In this document: positions 9,200 to 18,067 of the stretch, in pieces
Numbering within the stretch: position 1 is the first letter of the stretch
How the letters are laid out: each line of letters begins with the position of its first letter
Source of the DNA: Dehalococcoidia bacterium
GTDB lineage: Bacteria > Chloroflexota > Dehalococcoidia > SM23-28-2 > RBG-16-64-32
Length of the DNA: 64,000 nucleotides
Reading direction: 5' to 3'
Assembly (NCBI GenBank): GCA_963665775.2
Contig: CAXXTF010000001.1
Coordinates: 544,001-608,000 of the forward strand
Program-made: the position numbers and the translations under genes
The notes under the pieces: model-generated
Told to the model about the DNA's origin: nothing
Databases searched by the model: none
Seen by the model: the letters and a program-made list of their open reading frames with translations, nothing else

Positions 9200-9307
9200 T
9201 ATTTGGATCGAGAAATTTGCAGCTTTTTGTCCGGCTTTTCCGAATTCCGATAGTACATCTCCGACCCTGATATGCCAGCCCCCGAGTAGACCAATCTCCG
9301 CCGGGCG

Positions 9308-10582
9308 TCAATCGATGTGACGCACGCTGGGGATCATGATGGCGACGGCGCCGGCGGTGAAGATGCACAGGCTGCCAAAGATCATGAGCCCTGTCTGCGG
9401 ACCGACGCTCGCCGCCAGGAAGGCGGCGATCATCGCCCCTAGGGGTATGAGGCCCCGGTCCAGACTCATGAGGCTCATCATGCGGCCATGCATCTCTGGC
9501 GGCGCCGACTCCAGCAGGACGGTGTTATTTATGGACATGTATGAGGTCTGCATGAGACCGACAAAGGCGATGATGACGTAGGCAAGGGGGAGGAAGTGTA
9601 GATACGATACGGAGGCGAAGGCGATGAGGCTGATTCCGAACAGGATCACCCCCATGATCAGGAGTCGCCCCCGGTGCCGGAAGTGGCCCACCGTGGCTAC
9701 GGTCAGCGCCCCCATTAGGGCGCCGGCGCCGGTGGCGGCCATCAGGGAACCCATGCCCCAGCTGCCGATGTCATACACCTCCAGGGCGAATAGCGGGATA
9801 AAGATTGACGCGTAAGGTAGCCCGAAGAGGAACAGCGCCACAGCCAGGGAGATGGACCCAAGGGCGACGCGGTTGTCCCTAGCGTAGCGTAACCCCTCCG
9901 TTAGGCTTCCCCACATGGACTCGCGGACGCGTTCGGGCTGGCTATTACTGGGAACCCGGATCATGAACGTCATCAAAATGACCCAGGCGTAAAGTATGCC
10001 GTTAAGGAGGTACACGTTGCCCAGATTTATGGTGGCTATCAGTACGCCGGCAAGGGCAGTGCCGACGATACGCATGAGATTCATCGCCACGGTGTTCAGG
10101 GCGATGGCGTTCGTGAGGTTTCCCTTTCCCACGAGGCTGGGGATCATCGCCTGCCGTGCGGGCGCGTTGAAGGCCATAGAGGTGCCCATGCTGAAAGACA
10201 AAACGTACACGTGCCACGGCTGAACGAGGCCGGTGAAGATCAGAGCCGCCGTGGTCAGGTGTATCGAGGTGGTAGCGGTCTGGCAGACTAGAAGAATGCG
10301 GCGCCGGTCGAAGCGGTCAGCTATAACCCCGGCCAGGAGGCCGAAGGCGAGCATGGGTATCATGCGGGTGGCGCTCACCAACCCCAGGGCTACCGCGGAG
10401 CCGGTTAGCTCCAGTATCAACCAGGGCCGCGCTACCGCCTCCATCCACATGGACGCCGACGAGCCCAGTTGACCAAACCATAAGAGGCGGTAGTTGGGAT
10501 AGCTGAGGGCCTGAAACGTCTTGGCCTTCCAGGCTATCTGTGTCCGGGAAGCGGGTAATGCCTCCTCTGTCTCTTGCTCCAA
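9308..10582 (-). CDS. MFS transporter
   Basis: 12 TM helices; GVIADRFDRRR motif A; NYRLLWFGQ N-terminus. Confidence 0.9.
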   Translation of the reverse strand: MEQETEEALPASRTQIAWKAKTFQALSYPNYRLLWFGQLGSSASMWMEAVARPWLILELTGSAVALGLVSATRMIPMLAFGLLAGVIADRFDRRRILLVCQTATTSIHLTTAALIFTGLVQPWHVYVLSFSMGTSMAFNAPARQAMIPSLVGKGNLTNAIALNTVAMNLMRIVGTALAGVLIATINLGNVYLLNGILYAWVILMTFMIRVPSNSQPERVRESMWGSLTEGLRYARDNRVALGSISLAVALFLFGLPYASIFIPLFALEVYDIGSWGMGSLMAATGAGALMGALTVATVGHFRHRGRLLIMGVILFGISLIAFASVSYLHFLPLAYVIIAFVGLMQTSYMSINNTVLLESAPPEMHGRMMSLMSLDRGLIPLGAMIAAFLAASVGPQTGLMIFGSLCIFTAGAVAIMIPSVRHID

Positions 10583-10893
10583 GCTCTATCCTCTACCCTT
10601 GCTAGCCTGGAAGATCGTGTGCAGACACTCGAATGGCGCCGCGTATACCAGTGTATCACCTTTACGCGAACTGGAACAATGCTTCGTGATCAGTTTGTGG
10701 CGGTCACCGCAGGCTCGGCAATCGACAGCGGGGCCAGGCATGGCTATGATCCGTTGTTGGCTGACTGTAGTGGTTCTCTATAGCGCGGTCAGACGGCCCG
10801 TATAGCGGCGGCCGGGCCTTGCTCCCTTGCTCATCGCCTTGTGGCTGGCCATAATTGGCTCAGCATCCCTTCTAACCTCCTGAAGGAGACCTC

Positions 10894-11661
10894 ATGAGCA
10901 AGTTCGCCGACCGTATCCGTCGCGTCAGCCGCCTGGAGACGTTACCCATGGGTTTCGGCGCTGGCGCCAGCCGCAAGCGCACGCCTTCCATGCTCTGTCT
11001 GCTTCGTCTCTCCGCCGATAAGATCGACGCGGCGGCCGAGGCCACGGCCAGGGGCGCCGACTCCGTCATCTTCGACAGCATAGATGGGGCCAAACTGAAG
11101 GAGCAGGCCCAGAAGGCGGACAGCCTGCTTCTGGGTGTGTGGATGGGCGCGGCGGAGCGCGACGGCGTCGCCGCCCAGCGCGAGGCGGGCGCGGATTTCG
11201 TGGTGCTGGAGCCGCAGTCGGCCTCGGCGGAGACGCTTCTGGAGGAGGGGATCGGCCTGGTGCTGGCCCTGGGCCAGGACATCTCGGACACCTCGCTGCG
11301 GCTGTTGGCTGACCTTCCCCTGGACGCTCTTCTCGTGCCCGCCCCGGTGGCGCCTCTGACCGTGGCCCGTCTGCTGGAGGTGCGGCGCATCGCCGTGCTC
11401 GCGCGCACCCCGCTCCTTATGGAGGTGGGGCAGGGGCTCGGTGCCTCACGGCTACAGGCCCTGCGCGACGCCGGGGTGGCCGGCGTCATCCTCGACGGCG
11501 AAGCGCTTGACCGCCTGCCCGATCTGCGGGCGGCGATAGATGCTCTCCCGGCCAGGGGCCGTCGCCGAGAGGAGCGCCCGGAAGCGGTGCTCCCAGCCCA
11601 CGGGGTGGTCGCCCCGGAAGAGGAGGAGGAGGGGGGGGAGGAAGAGGTCCCATTCCCCTAA
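10894..11661 (+). CDS. Conserved hypothetical protein, possibly a degenerate HpcH/HpaI-like TIM barrel
   Basis: RBS AGGAG; alternating alpha/beta pattern (GADSVIF, GADFVVL, GVAGVIL); acidic tail. Confidence 0.6.
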   Translation: MSKFADRIRRVSRLETLPMGFGAGASRKRTPSMLCLLRLSADKIDAAAEATARGADSVIFDSIDGAKLKEQAQKADSLLLGVWMGAAERDGVAAQREAGADFVVLEPQSASAETLLEEGIGLVLALGQDISDTSLRLLADLPLDALLVPAPVAPLTVARLLEVRRIAVLARTPLLMEVGQGLGASRLQALRDAGVAGVILDGEALDRLPDLRAAIDALPARGRRREERPEAVLPAHGVVAPEEEEEGGEEEVPFP

Positions 11662-11695
11662 GTTTTGGGGATGGTTCCTGGTGGAGTTAGCAACA

Positions 11696-11725
11696 GTGAG
11701 GCCGCTCCCAAAGGAGCGGCCTCAC
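11696..11725. terminator. 13-bp stem hairpin between convergent genes
   Basis: GTGAGGCCGCTCC-CAAA-GGAGCGGCCTCAC. Confidence 0.7.
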
Positions 11726-11758
11726 GTCGCGTGCGATCTGTGATTCGCAGTTCGGCTC

Positions 11759-11902
11759 TCAGTCCGCCGAGGGCAGCACCTTCGGCTGGATGAGACCCAT
11801 CGACTTGCCGCAGCAGTGAATGCCGCCGTCGCCGGCCTTTATGCACAACACCTCTGTACTACAGACCTCACACTGGAATCGCTTACCCAACTGGTTAGCC
11901 AC
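11759..11902 (-). CDS. Desulforedoxin-like mini-protein (47 aa, not in ORF track)
   Basis: GTG start after GGAGGT; MANQLGKRFQCEVCSTEVLCIKAGDGGIHCCGKSMGLIQPKVLPSAD; CxxC...CC pattern. Confidence 0.85.
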   Translation of the reverse strand: MANQLGKRFQCEVCSTEVLCIKAGDGGIHCCGKSMGLIQPKVLPSAD

Positions 11903-11920
11903 GGTCGACCTCCACCCTGC

Positions 11921-12040
11921 TTATTGCTTCTGCTGCATCGGTTGGTCGCAGCAGTGAATGCCGCCGTCACCGCCCTTGGTGACGATCATCTCGGAACCGC
12001 ACTTGTTGCATTGGTATCGCTTGCCTACCTGGTTGGCCAC
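11921..12040 (-). CDS. Desulforedoxin-like mini-protein (39 aa)
   Basis: MANQVGKRYQCNKCGSEMIVTKGGDGGIHCCDQPMQQKQ; paralog of the downstream gene. Confidence 0.85.
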   Translation of the reverse strand: MANQVGKRYQCNKCGSEMIVTKGGDGGIHCCDQPMQQKQ

Positions 12041-12154
12041 TACCCTCTGTCCTCCTACGGTTGCTACACGGCGTCCCGCCCCGGCGGGCCCCGCCCACGG
12101 CAATATAGCGCAGGATGCCCCCAGACGTCAACCGCCGCGCCCGCGGCCTGACCG

Positions 12155-13363
12155 TCATTCGCTGACGGTGATCTGCCCCCACATCTGGGTGGGATGAACG
12201 TCACAGCGGAAGACGAGGGTCGCCGGCGCGTCCAGAACGAAGGCGAACTCGCCTACCTCGCCGTTCCCCAGGAACGCGGTGGCGAAGTCGCCGGTATTCC
12301 AGTCGCCGTCGAGGCCGGCGATGCGGAGGTTGTGGAGCTGGGTCCCCGGATTGGTGAGGCGTATGGTCACGGACTCGCCTACCTTCATCGCGAAGTTGTT
12401 GAGGGTGAAGAAGTTGTCCTGAGAGTCCGTTTCGATGACGCCGTCCGTGGGCTCCACGAACTCCGATTGGACCTCCTGGGCGGTGGCCGGACGCTCCGGC
12501 TGCCCCGCGCCGCCGGCGGTGGCCGGAGCTACGGGGAGCTGGCCGCAGGGGGGGATTCCTTGCTCGCCTGTGAGCGGGTCCTGGGGCGACTGGGGCGGTA
12601 TGATCGGCCCGGCGAACACCTCCGTCCCCGTCTGGTGCTCCGTGGCCTTCGTCCCAAAGGCGCCTCTCTCTACCTCGATCTCGTTCGTCGCCTCCCGGAC
12701 CTCTACTATCTTCACCACCTCGTACGCATATAACCCTTCCACCCACTCGCCGCCAATTCGCAAGAGCATCTCTTCTTCCTCCGTTGACGCTTCCAGCTCG
12801 CTGACGTCGTTCAGGGTCAGCACCGTGACCGACTCGCTCGCTTGCTGAACGAGCTCCTTGTCCAGGCTGTCGAGGAGGTTCGCCTCCTCTATCGCCGCTT
12901 CCCACCCAATCTCGCTGACAGCGTTGGGGTCGGCTGGGGGATCAAAGCCGGGCATAGTGCCGGTAATGAGGGCGACCAGCTGGTCGATCTGGAAGTCGTT
13001 GAGGGGCCCCAACTGAGCCTGGGACCAGGGCGGCATCAGGGTGCCCACCCGTCCGCAGACGATGGTGTCGTGGATGCGGCTCTGCTTGGCGTTCACGTCA
13101 CCGATCGACACGGGCCGGTTCGCTTCGATGTTCAGAGGCACGCCCGGCAGCCTGACGCTCTCCAGGATCCCCTGCCCGGCCAGCCCGTGACAGGCCCGGC
13201 AGTTGAGGCCGAACAGCTCGCCGCCCCGCTCGGCGTTCACCTCCTGCTGGCGCAGCTCGGCGTCTTCCGCCCGCTGCGGGTCCCAGAGCCAGTAGAGCAG
13301 AGTGGCCAGCGCGAACAGCATCAACAGCCCCACCATCACATTTACCTGCTTGCTGGTATTCAT
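12155..13363 (-). CDS. Membrane-anchored cytochrome c fused to a C-terminal cupredoxin domain
   Basis: N-terminal TM helix, CRACH heme motif, MPPW distal Met; C-terminal HN...CDVHPTQM type-1 Cu site. Confidence 0.85.
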   Translation of the reverse strand: MNTSKQVNVMVGLLMLFALATLLYWLWDPQRAEDAELRQQEVNAERGGELFGLNCRACHGLAGQGILESVRLPGVPLNIEANRPVSIGDVNAKQSRIHDTIVCGRVGTLMPPWSQAQLGPLNDFQIDQLVALITGTMPGFDPPADPNAVSEIGWEAAIEEANLLDSLDKELVQQASESVTVLTLNDVSELEASTEEEEMLLRIGGEWVEGLYAYEVVKIVEVREATNEIEVERGAFGTKATEHQTGTEVFAGPIIPPQSPQDPLTGEQGIPPCGQLPVAPATAGGAGQPERPATAQEVQSEFVEPTDGVIETDSQDNFFTLNNFAMKVGESVTIRLTNPGTQLHNLRIAGLDGDWNTGDFATAFLGNGEVGEFAFVLDAPATLVFRCDVHPTQMWGQITVSE

Positions 13364-13396
13364 CGGGCGGGCGGGACCTCTGTCCTCATGCTTGCC

Positions 13397-14071
13397 TTAG
13401 GCCTCGGTTGCGCTTCCCGGCTCGTACGGGGCCGCCCGCCCGGGGTTCTCGGAGCTGCCGTTGATGGCGCTGCCCGGTCCCGTCTGAACGGTGATACTCC
13501 GGTCCTCCTCCACGGTCAGGGGGAACACGTCCATCGACCTCGGCGCCGGACCGAATACGATCACCCCGCCATCCTTCGTGTAAGTGGAGCCGTGGCAGGG
13601 GCAGCGGAACCACCCCTTGGTGTCCCCGAATGTGAAGCCCGGCTTCCAGGGGACGGTGCAGCCCAGGTGGGGGCACTTCGTCCACAGGGCCAGCAGGCCG
13701 CCGGGGGTCTCCTCGCCGCGGGGCGTTAGCCCGGCCTTGAGGTTCAGGAGCCAGAAGCGCCCCTCCGCTATTCGTCTCGGCTCGTCCCCCGCCTCGGGGA
13801 TGCGATCCGGGGTCACCGGGATCGGGCCGCCGAAGCCTTTCACGTTTCGCGGGTAGATGAAGTCAAAGGGCGAACCCAGGATACCCACTGTTGCCAGCAT
13901 CAAACCGCTCCAGAACCCGCCCAGGACGATCAGCCGCCGCGAAAACACGGGCCGCTTTTGCAGCGGCTTGGAGATGGGTGTGTCTACCGTCTGCGGCGTA
14001 GCAGCAGAGGGCGTCGCGGCGCCTTCGGCTACGCTTGCCGTTTGGTCCTGGGGCTCGCTCTCAGACTCCAA
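13397..14071 (-). CDS. Rieske [2Fe-2S] subunit of Rieske/cytochrome b complex
   Basis: SRR Tat-like anchor; CPHLGC and CPCHGS boxes; GPAPR. Confidence 0.93.
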   Translation of the reverse strand: MESESEPQDQTASVAEGAATPSAATPQTVDTPISKPLQKRPVFSRRLIVLGGFWSGLMLATVGILGSPFDFIYPRNVKGFGGPIPVTPDRIPEAGDEPRRIAEGRFWLLNLKAGLTPRGEETPGGLLALWTKCPHLGCTVPWKPGFTFGDTKGWFRCPCHGSTYTKDGGVIVFGPAPRSMDVFPLTVEEDRSITVQTGPGSAINGSSENPGRAAPYEPGSATEA

Positions 14072-14223
14072 CCTCAGATCACCTCGTTATAGCGGCGTTG
14101 ACGTTTCCCATGGTTCCGTCGGGGGACTCCCCCCTACCATAGGTAGCAGGGTGCATCCCGATACGGGGCGATCTTGGTCTCACCAAGACAGGCGGCCCCC
14201 GCGAAAGAATCTCAAGGATGGCA

Positions 14224-15201
14224 TTACCCCTCATCCACCTTAATCTCCGTGGGCCAGATCAAGGCCTGACCCTCACCCCGGAAGAAGCTGCCCACCATGG
14301 ACAGGGTCAAGTAGGAGAATATCACTGCCGTGAACATGATGATGAAGACGTCTCGCCTAGTGCGAACCCAGCCCAGCCGGAACAGCACGTATATGATCAG
14401 CACCGAGAAGAAAGCGATGGTGCTCAGCGGGATCACCTGCTCCGCAATCACGCTGGGCAGGTTGATGTGCATGTCATGCCAGAGGTGGAAACTCTTCCAT
14501 CTCCAGTCCAGGTTGTTGAAGGGGACGGAGATGTTGTCGAGGTCCTCGGGCCAGTCCAGATGGGCGTCGCCGGGACTGCCAGCGATCCGGGGCACTAGGA
14601 TGCTGAACTGCAGCCGCTTGGAGATGTCCTTCGTGTTGACGATCCCCAGGTGTTTGGCGCCCTCTTCGTCAGCGAGGCAGAAGACCGGGTGACCACCCTG
14701 CGGGCAGGCAGGGATCCAACGCGTCAGGTACTCCGTGTGGGTACGGTCCCCGGCGTCGAACACCACCAGGCCGAAGCTGACGACAACAGCATATACGATT
14801 GAGATCAGGGTGAGGCGGACGGAGTATTTCGTCCCAAACCAGACCCCCTGACCCTCTGGGCTCCGGTCGAGGTAGGGGATAGAGGCGAGGAAGACCAGAG
14901 CGATGGTGGGCAGGAGCACCCCCGCCCAGGCCTTGTCCATGTGCAGGAGTAGCTCCTGCAGGTTGAGGAAGTACCAGGGGGCCTTGGAAGGATTGGGTGT
15001 AACGTCGGGATTCGCTCGGTTCAACAACGGTGCGTTGATGAACACCGAGAGCATCACGAAAGTGAGCAGGAACAGGACAGCGGAGATAAACTCAATGAAG
15101 ACCAGATCCGGCCACACCATCACCTCTTCCTCCCGCTCCCGTTTGGGGCGCGGGCGGGCCGGCCGGGTGCGCTGGGCTGATCGCTGGGCCTCTACCGCCA
15201 T
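14224..15201 (-). CDS. Cytochrome b C-terminal subunit (subunit IV/PetD-like) with large insertion
   Basis: WPDLV, ANPDVTPNPSKAPWYF (PEWY-loop variant), IPYLD, GSFFRG. Confidence 0.85.
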   Translation of the reverse strand: MAVEAQRSAQRTRPARPRPKREREEEVMVWPDLVFIEFISAVLFLLTFVMLSVFINAPLLNRANPDVTPNPSKAPWYFLNLQELLLHMDKAWAGVLLPTIALVFLASIPYLDRSPEGQGVWFGTKYSVRLTLISIVYAVVVSFGLVVFDAGDRTHTEYLTRWIPACPQGGHPVFCLADEEGAKHLGIVNTKDISKRLQFSILVPRIAGSPGDAHLDWPEDLDNISVPFNNLDWRWKSFHLWHDMHINLPSVIAEQVIPLSTIAFFSVLIIYVLFRLGWVRTRRDVFIIMFTAVIFSYLTLSMVGSFFRGEGQALIWPTEIKVDEG

Positions 15202-15216
15202 ATAGAGAGGTCCCGC

Positions 15217-15996
15217 CTAAAGGGGCCTCGCTAGGCCGCCATCTCGGCGGACCCGCCAGAAGTGCACTCCCATCAAGACCGCCGCTATCAGCGGTAGGGC
15301 GAGGACGTGCAGCGTGTAGAAGCGGATGAGGGCGCTAGGGCCGATCTCGAAGCCGCCGAAGACCACCAACTGCGTCTCGTCCCCGAAGTAGGGAGCCGAG
15401 CCGCCGATGCCGTGGCCGACGGTGATCGCCCACAGCGCTAGCTGGTCCCAGGGCAGCAGGTAGCCGGTGAAGCTGAGGACGAGGGTGAGCACAAGGAGAA
15501 TCACCCCCACTATCCAGTTGAACTCCCGCGGCGCCTTGTAAGCCCCGGTGTAGAAGACGCGCATCATGTGCAGGAAGACAAGGATAACCATGGCGTGGGC
15601 GGTCCAGCGGTGCATATTGCGCATGAACAGTCCCCACCTTACGTTCGTCTCCAGGGCTGCTATGTCCTGGTAGGCCCGGTTCACGTCCGGGACGTAGTAG
15701 AACATGAGGAGGATGCCGGTCACAGTGAGGATCAGGAACATGAAGAACGTTAGGGTGCCCGCACAATACGTATGCGTGATCTTGACGTGCGTCCTGTGAA
15801 TGCGGGTGGGATGCAGGTGGAGGAAGACGTTGGTTGCCACTACCAGCATCTGATTTCGCGGGGTGTTGGGGTAGCCGGAGCGAAATACGGAGCGCCAGAT
15901 GTAGTTGTGGAACACGGCAGAGTAAACACGGTCCTGTAGGACCTGGATCTTTTCCTGGAGGTTGCGTGGTCTACGCGGCTCTTCGGTTGCCGACAT
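15217..15996 (-). CDS. petB: Cytochrome b6-type subunit
   Basis: YC.G heme ci Cys, TGILLMFYY.P, RNMHRWTAH, GYLLPWDQ, RFYTLH. Confidence 0.9.
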   Translation of the reverse strand: MSATEEPRRPRNLQEKIQVLQDRVYSAVFHNYIWRSVFRSGYPNTPRNQMLVVATNVFLHLHPTRIHRTHVKITHTYCAGTLTFFMFLILTVTGILLMFYYVPDVNRAYQDIAALETNVRWGLFMRNMHRWTAHAMVILVFLHMMRVFYTGAYKAPREFNWIVGVILLVLTLVLSFTGYLLPWDQLALWAITVGHGIGGSAPYFGDETQLVVFGGFEIGPSALIRFYTLHVLALPLIAAVLMGVHFWRVRRDGGLARPL

Positions 15997-16006
15997 CTAG
16001 CCCCTC

Positions 16007-16129
16007 TTAGCGAGACCACCACGAGGCTAACAGGACGAGGATACCCAGCGAGCCGAGGATGGTGAACAAGACCGCCAGGAATTCGAACCCCTCTGGCACT
16101 TGTCGGAACAGTATGTCCAACGCCGGCAC
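16007..16129 (-). CDS. 40-aa single-TM peptide leading the cytochrome b operon (not in ORF track)
   Basis: GTG after a purine-rich RBS; MPALDILFRQVPEGFEFLAVLFTILGSLGILVLLASWWSR; stop 10 nt before petB. Confidence 0.65.
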   Translation of the reverse strand: MPALDILFRQVPEGFEFLAVLFTILGSLGILVLLASWWSR

Positions 16130-16204
16130 GGTGCTTAGTCCCTTCCCCTTCCCGGTCGAAAAGAGAGCGCTACGGTCCCTATTGTGAAACCGGTAGCAAA
16201 TGGC

Positions 16205-16234
16205 ACTCTAGCATCAGGCCCCGATTACTGTCAA
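16205..16234 (-). promoter_or_regulatory. Probable promoter of the cytochrome b operon
   Basis: TTGACA (16229-16234)-18-TAGAGT with extended TG. Confidence 0.5.
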
Positions 16235-16396
16235 GGGTATCTGTGCTATTTTAGGGCGTGTGTTACCAAAATGCCACGCCTGGCCGTTCGAGCCGCCTGC
16301 GGCACCGGCGGCGGCCGACTGTAGGGCCTCGATCTGGGCCTGGGCGTCAGCTATCTGCTCTTGCAGGGCGCTGACTTCCGGGTTCTGTTTGGCCAT
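16214..16396 (-). pseudogene. Short coiled-coil ORF, possibly a truncated head-scaffold gene
   Basis: Strong RBS AGGAGG; heptad LQEQIADAQAQIEALQ; then runs into the cytochrome b promoter region. Confidence 0.45.
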
Positions 16397-16489
16397 TATG
16401 GGTCCTCCTTCTCAGGGCGCTTCGCTCTCGTGCTAGATCGCCTCTGCTTCTCCCGCCAAGCGGTGTGTTGGGCCTAGGGAGTTGCCAAC

Positions 16490-16693
16490 CTAGGCACCAC
16501 TGCGGCTGCCGAAATAGAAGCCGATGACGTTGCTGAGGGCGGCGATCCAGCCGCCCACTACTATCTTCGTCAGGTCCGATGAGGCGTCATGGGCCAGCAG
16601 GAAGCCGACGATGGCTCCCGCCGCCAGCACCACCCCCAGCGACATCAGGGAGCGCACGCTCCCCCGCGGCAGTCCTAGAGGCTCCTCGTTCAT
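16490..16693 (-). CDS. Small 2-TM holin-like protein
   Basis: PLGLPRGSVRS...VIGFYFGSR; overlaps the portal stop codon (ATGA). Confidence 0.6.
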   Translation of the reverse strand: MNEEPLGLPRGSVRSLMSLGVVLAAGAIVGFLLAHDASSDLTKIVVGGWIAALSNVIGFYFGSRSGA

Positions 16694-18051
16694 TGCTCTC
16701 CTCCTTCACTGTCGATTCGGCTCTCCTCTTCCTGCCAGCGCTCCCACTCGACGTCCGGGTCGGCCACCCCCAGGAGGCTGGCTGCCGTCCGGCGGGAGTG
16801 GATGCCGGCCTCTACCAGCCGTGCCTCCTCCTCCACTAGTCGCGCCCGGTCCTGGGGTAGGATAGGGCCCCAGACCACCCGCGAACGGTAGGGCGCAAAG
16901 CTCTCGCCCGTCTCCTTTTCCAGGATGCGGAGGGTCATCTCGTTTCGACGCCGGAAAGCGGCGGCGCGGATGAGCCGCTTCCGATTCACCTTCTTCAGCA
17001 GGGGGTCCAGCTCCATCTGGAGAGCGACGCCGGACAGGGCTTGCCGGGTCTCCCCGAAGTCGCTGCGCGGCACCTCCGCCAGGTCGTGCAGGGTGCGCAG
17101 CACCAGATTGGCATAGTCCACGTGCAGGCCAACGCCGCCCCCCTGGAGCAGGTCCAGCAGGTAGGCCTTCGCCTTCTCCGGGACCTCCCAAACAGCTCCC
17201 GGCTGCACGGCGATGTCCTGGGCCTCCGTGATGTTCTCCAGCACCGCGATGGGGTTCCCCGATAGCTCCAGGATCAGGGAGAGCTGGGAGACAGCCCGGT
17301 TGAGCTCTCGTAGGGGCTCCTTAAGGGCCGCCAGGTCGGAAATCCCCCAGAATTGCTTCGGCTCCCGCAGGTTGGGGTAGATGACGAAGGGGATGAAGCC
17401 GTAGGGGTTGGCCCGCTCCTCCCACAGGGCGCCGTCCAGCCAGAGCTGAAAATCGGATTCGGTTCAGGCCTCCACGATGGCATGCTCGCTCTTGCGCGAG
17501 CGCGGCAGCGAGCCGAACAGCCTCTCCGCCTCCTCGTGGTCGAGGACGTAGCGAGAGGCGACCCGCCAGACGCGGGAGGGGTCGTCCCCCAGCCACCAGG
17601 CGTACAGCCCCTGCACGTCCGGAGCGGAAACCCGCACCCGTCGCTCAAGGGGGTCCCAGGTGACCTTATAGGCGGCGTCTCCCAGGATGGAGCAGTCGAT
17701 CTCATTGTCGAAATCGAGCTGATCGAGGCTGTTCGCCTCGTATACCTCCCGGATGGCCCGTTCGGCGCGGCGGGCGCTCTCCAGCGCCTCGGGGGAGGCC
17801 TCCTCCGGCTCCACGATGAAGGAGACGCTGGACATAAGGTAGGAGGCCGTCTTCTCGATGACGGTCTTGGCGTAGTTGAAGGTGAGGCGGCGTTCGCGGC
17901 GCCGCTGGGGCTCCAGCCACTGGCGGCCCTGATAGAACTCCAGGTTCTCCCGGTAGGCCCTGAAGCGGCCCAGGTCCAGCCGGACCAGCTGCTGGGGCAG
18001 GGGAAGGGCATCCCCCTGAGCGCTCGCTGCCTCGGCGAAGGTGCTGACCAT
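16690..18051 (-). CDS. Phage portal protein (SPP1 gp6-like) with in-frame TGA at 17464-17466
   Basis: Two ORF-track pieces share one frame: FYQG.QW, LTFNYAK, LGDAAYKV.WD, NPYGFIPFV.YPN, WG.SDL, LSGVAL, V.WGPILPQD. RBS GGAGG precedes ATG 18051. Confidence 0.85.
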
Positions 18052-18067
18052 AGTTATGCCTCCATGT

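Noticed and set aside
16182-16199. Rex-like site TTGTGAA-ACCG-GTAGCAA before the cytochrome b operon, and TAGTTCC-ATAT-TTCACTA near 60037 before hppA
   Set aside because: Only one half-site matches in each case and no rex gene is in the window; too weak to call.
17400-17466. Selenocysteine at the portal UGA
   Set aside because: The context predicts Trp, the downstream hairpin lacks the bacterial SECIS loop G, and portals are not redox proteins.
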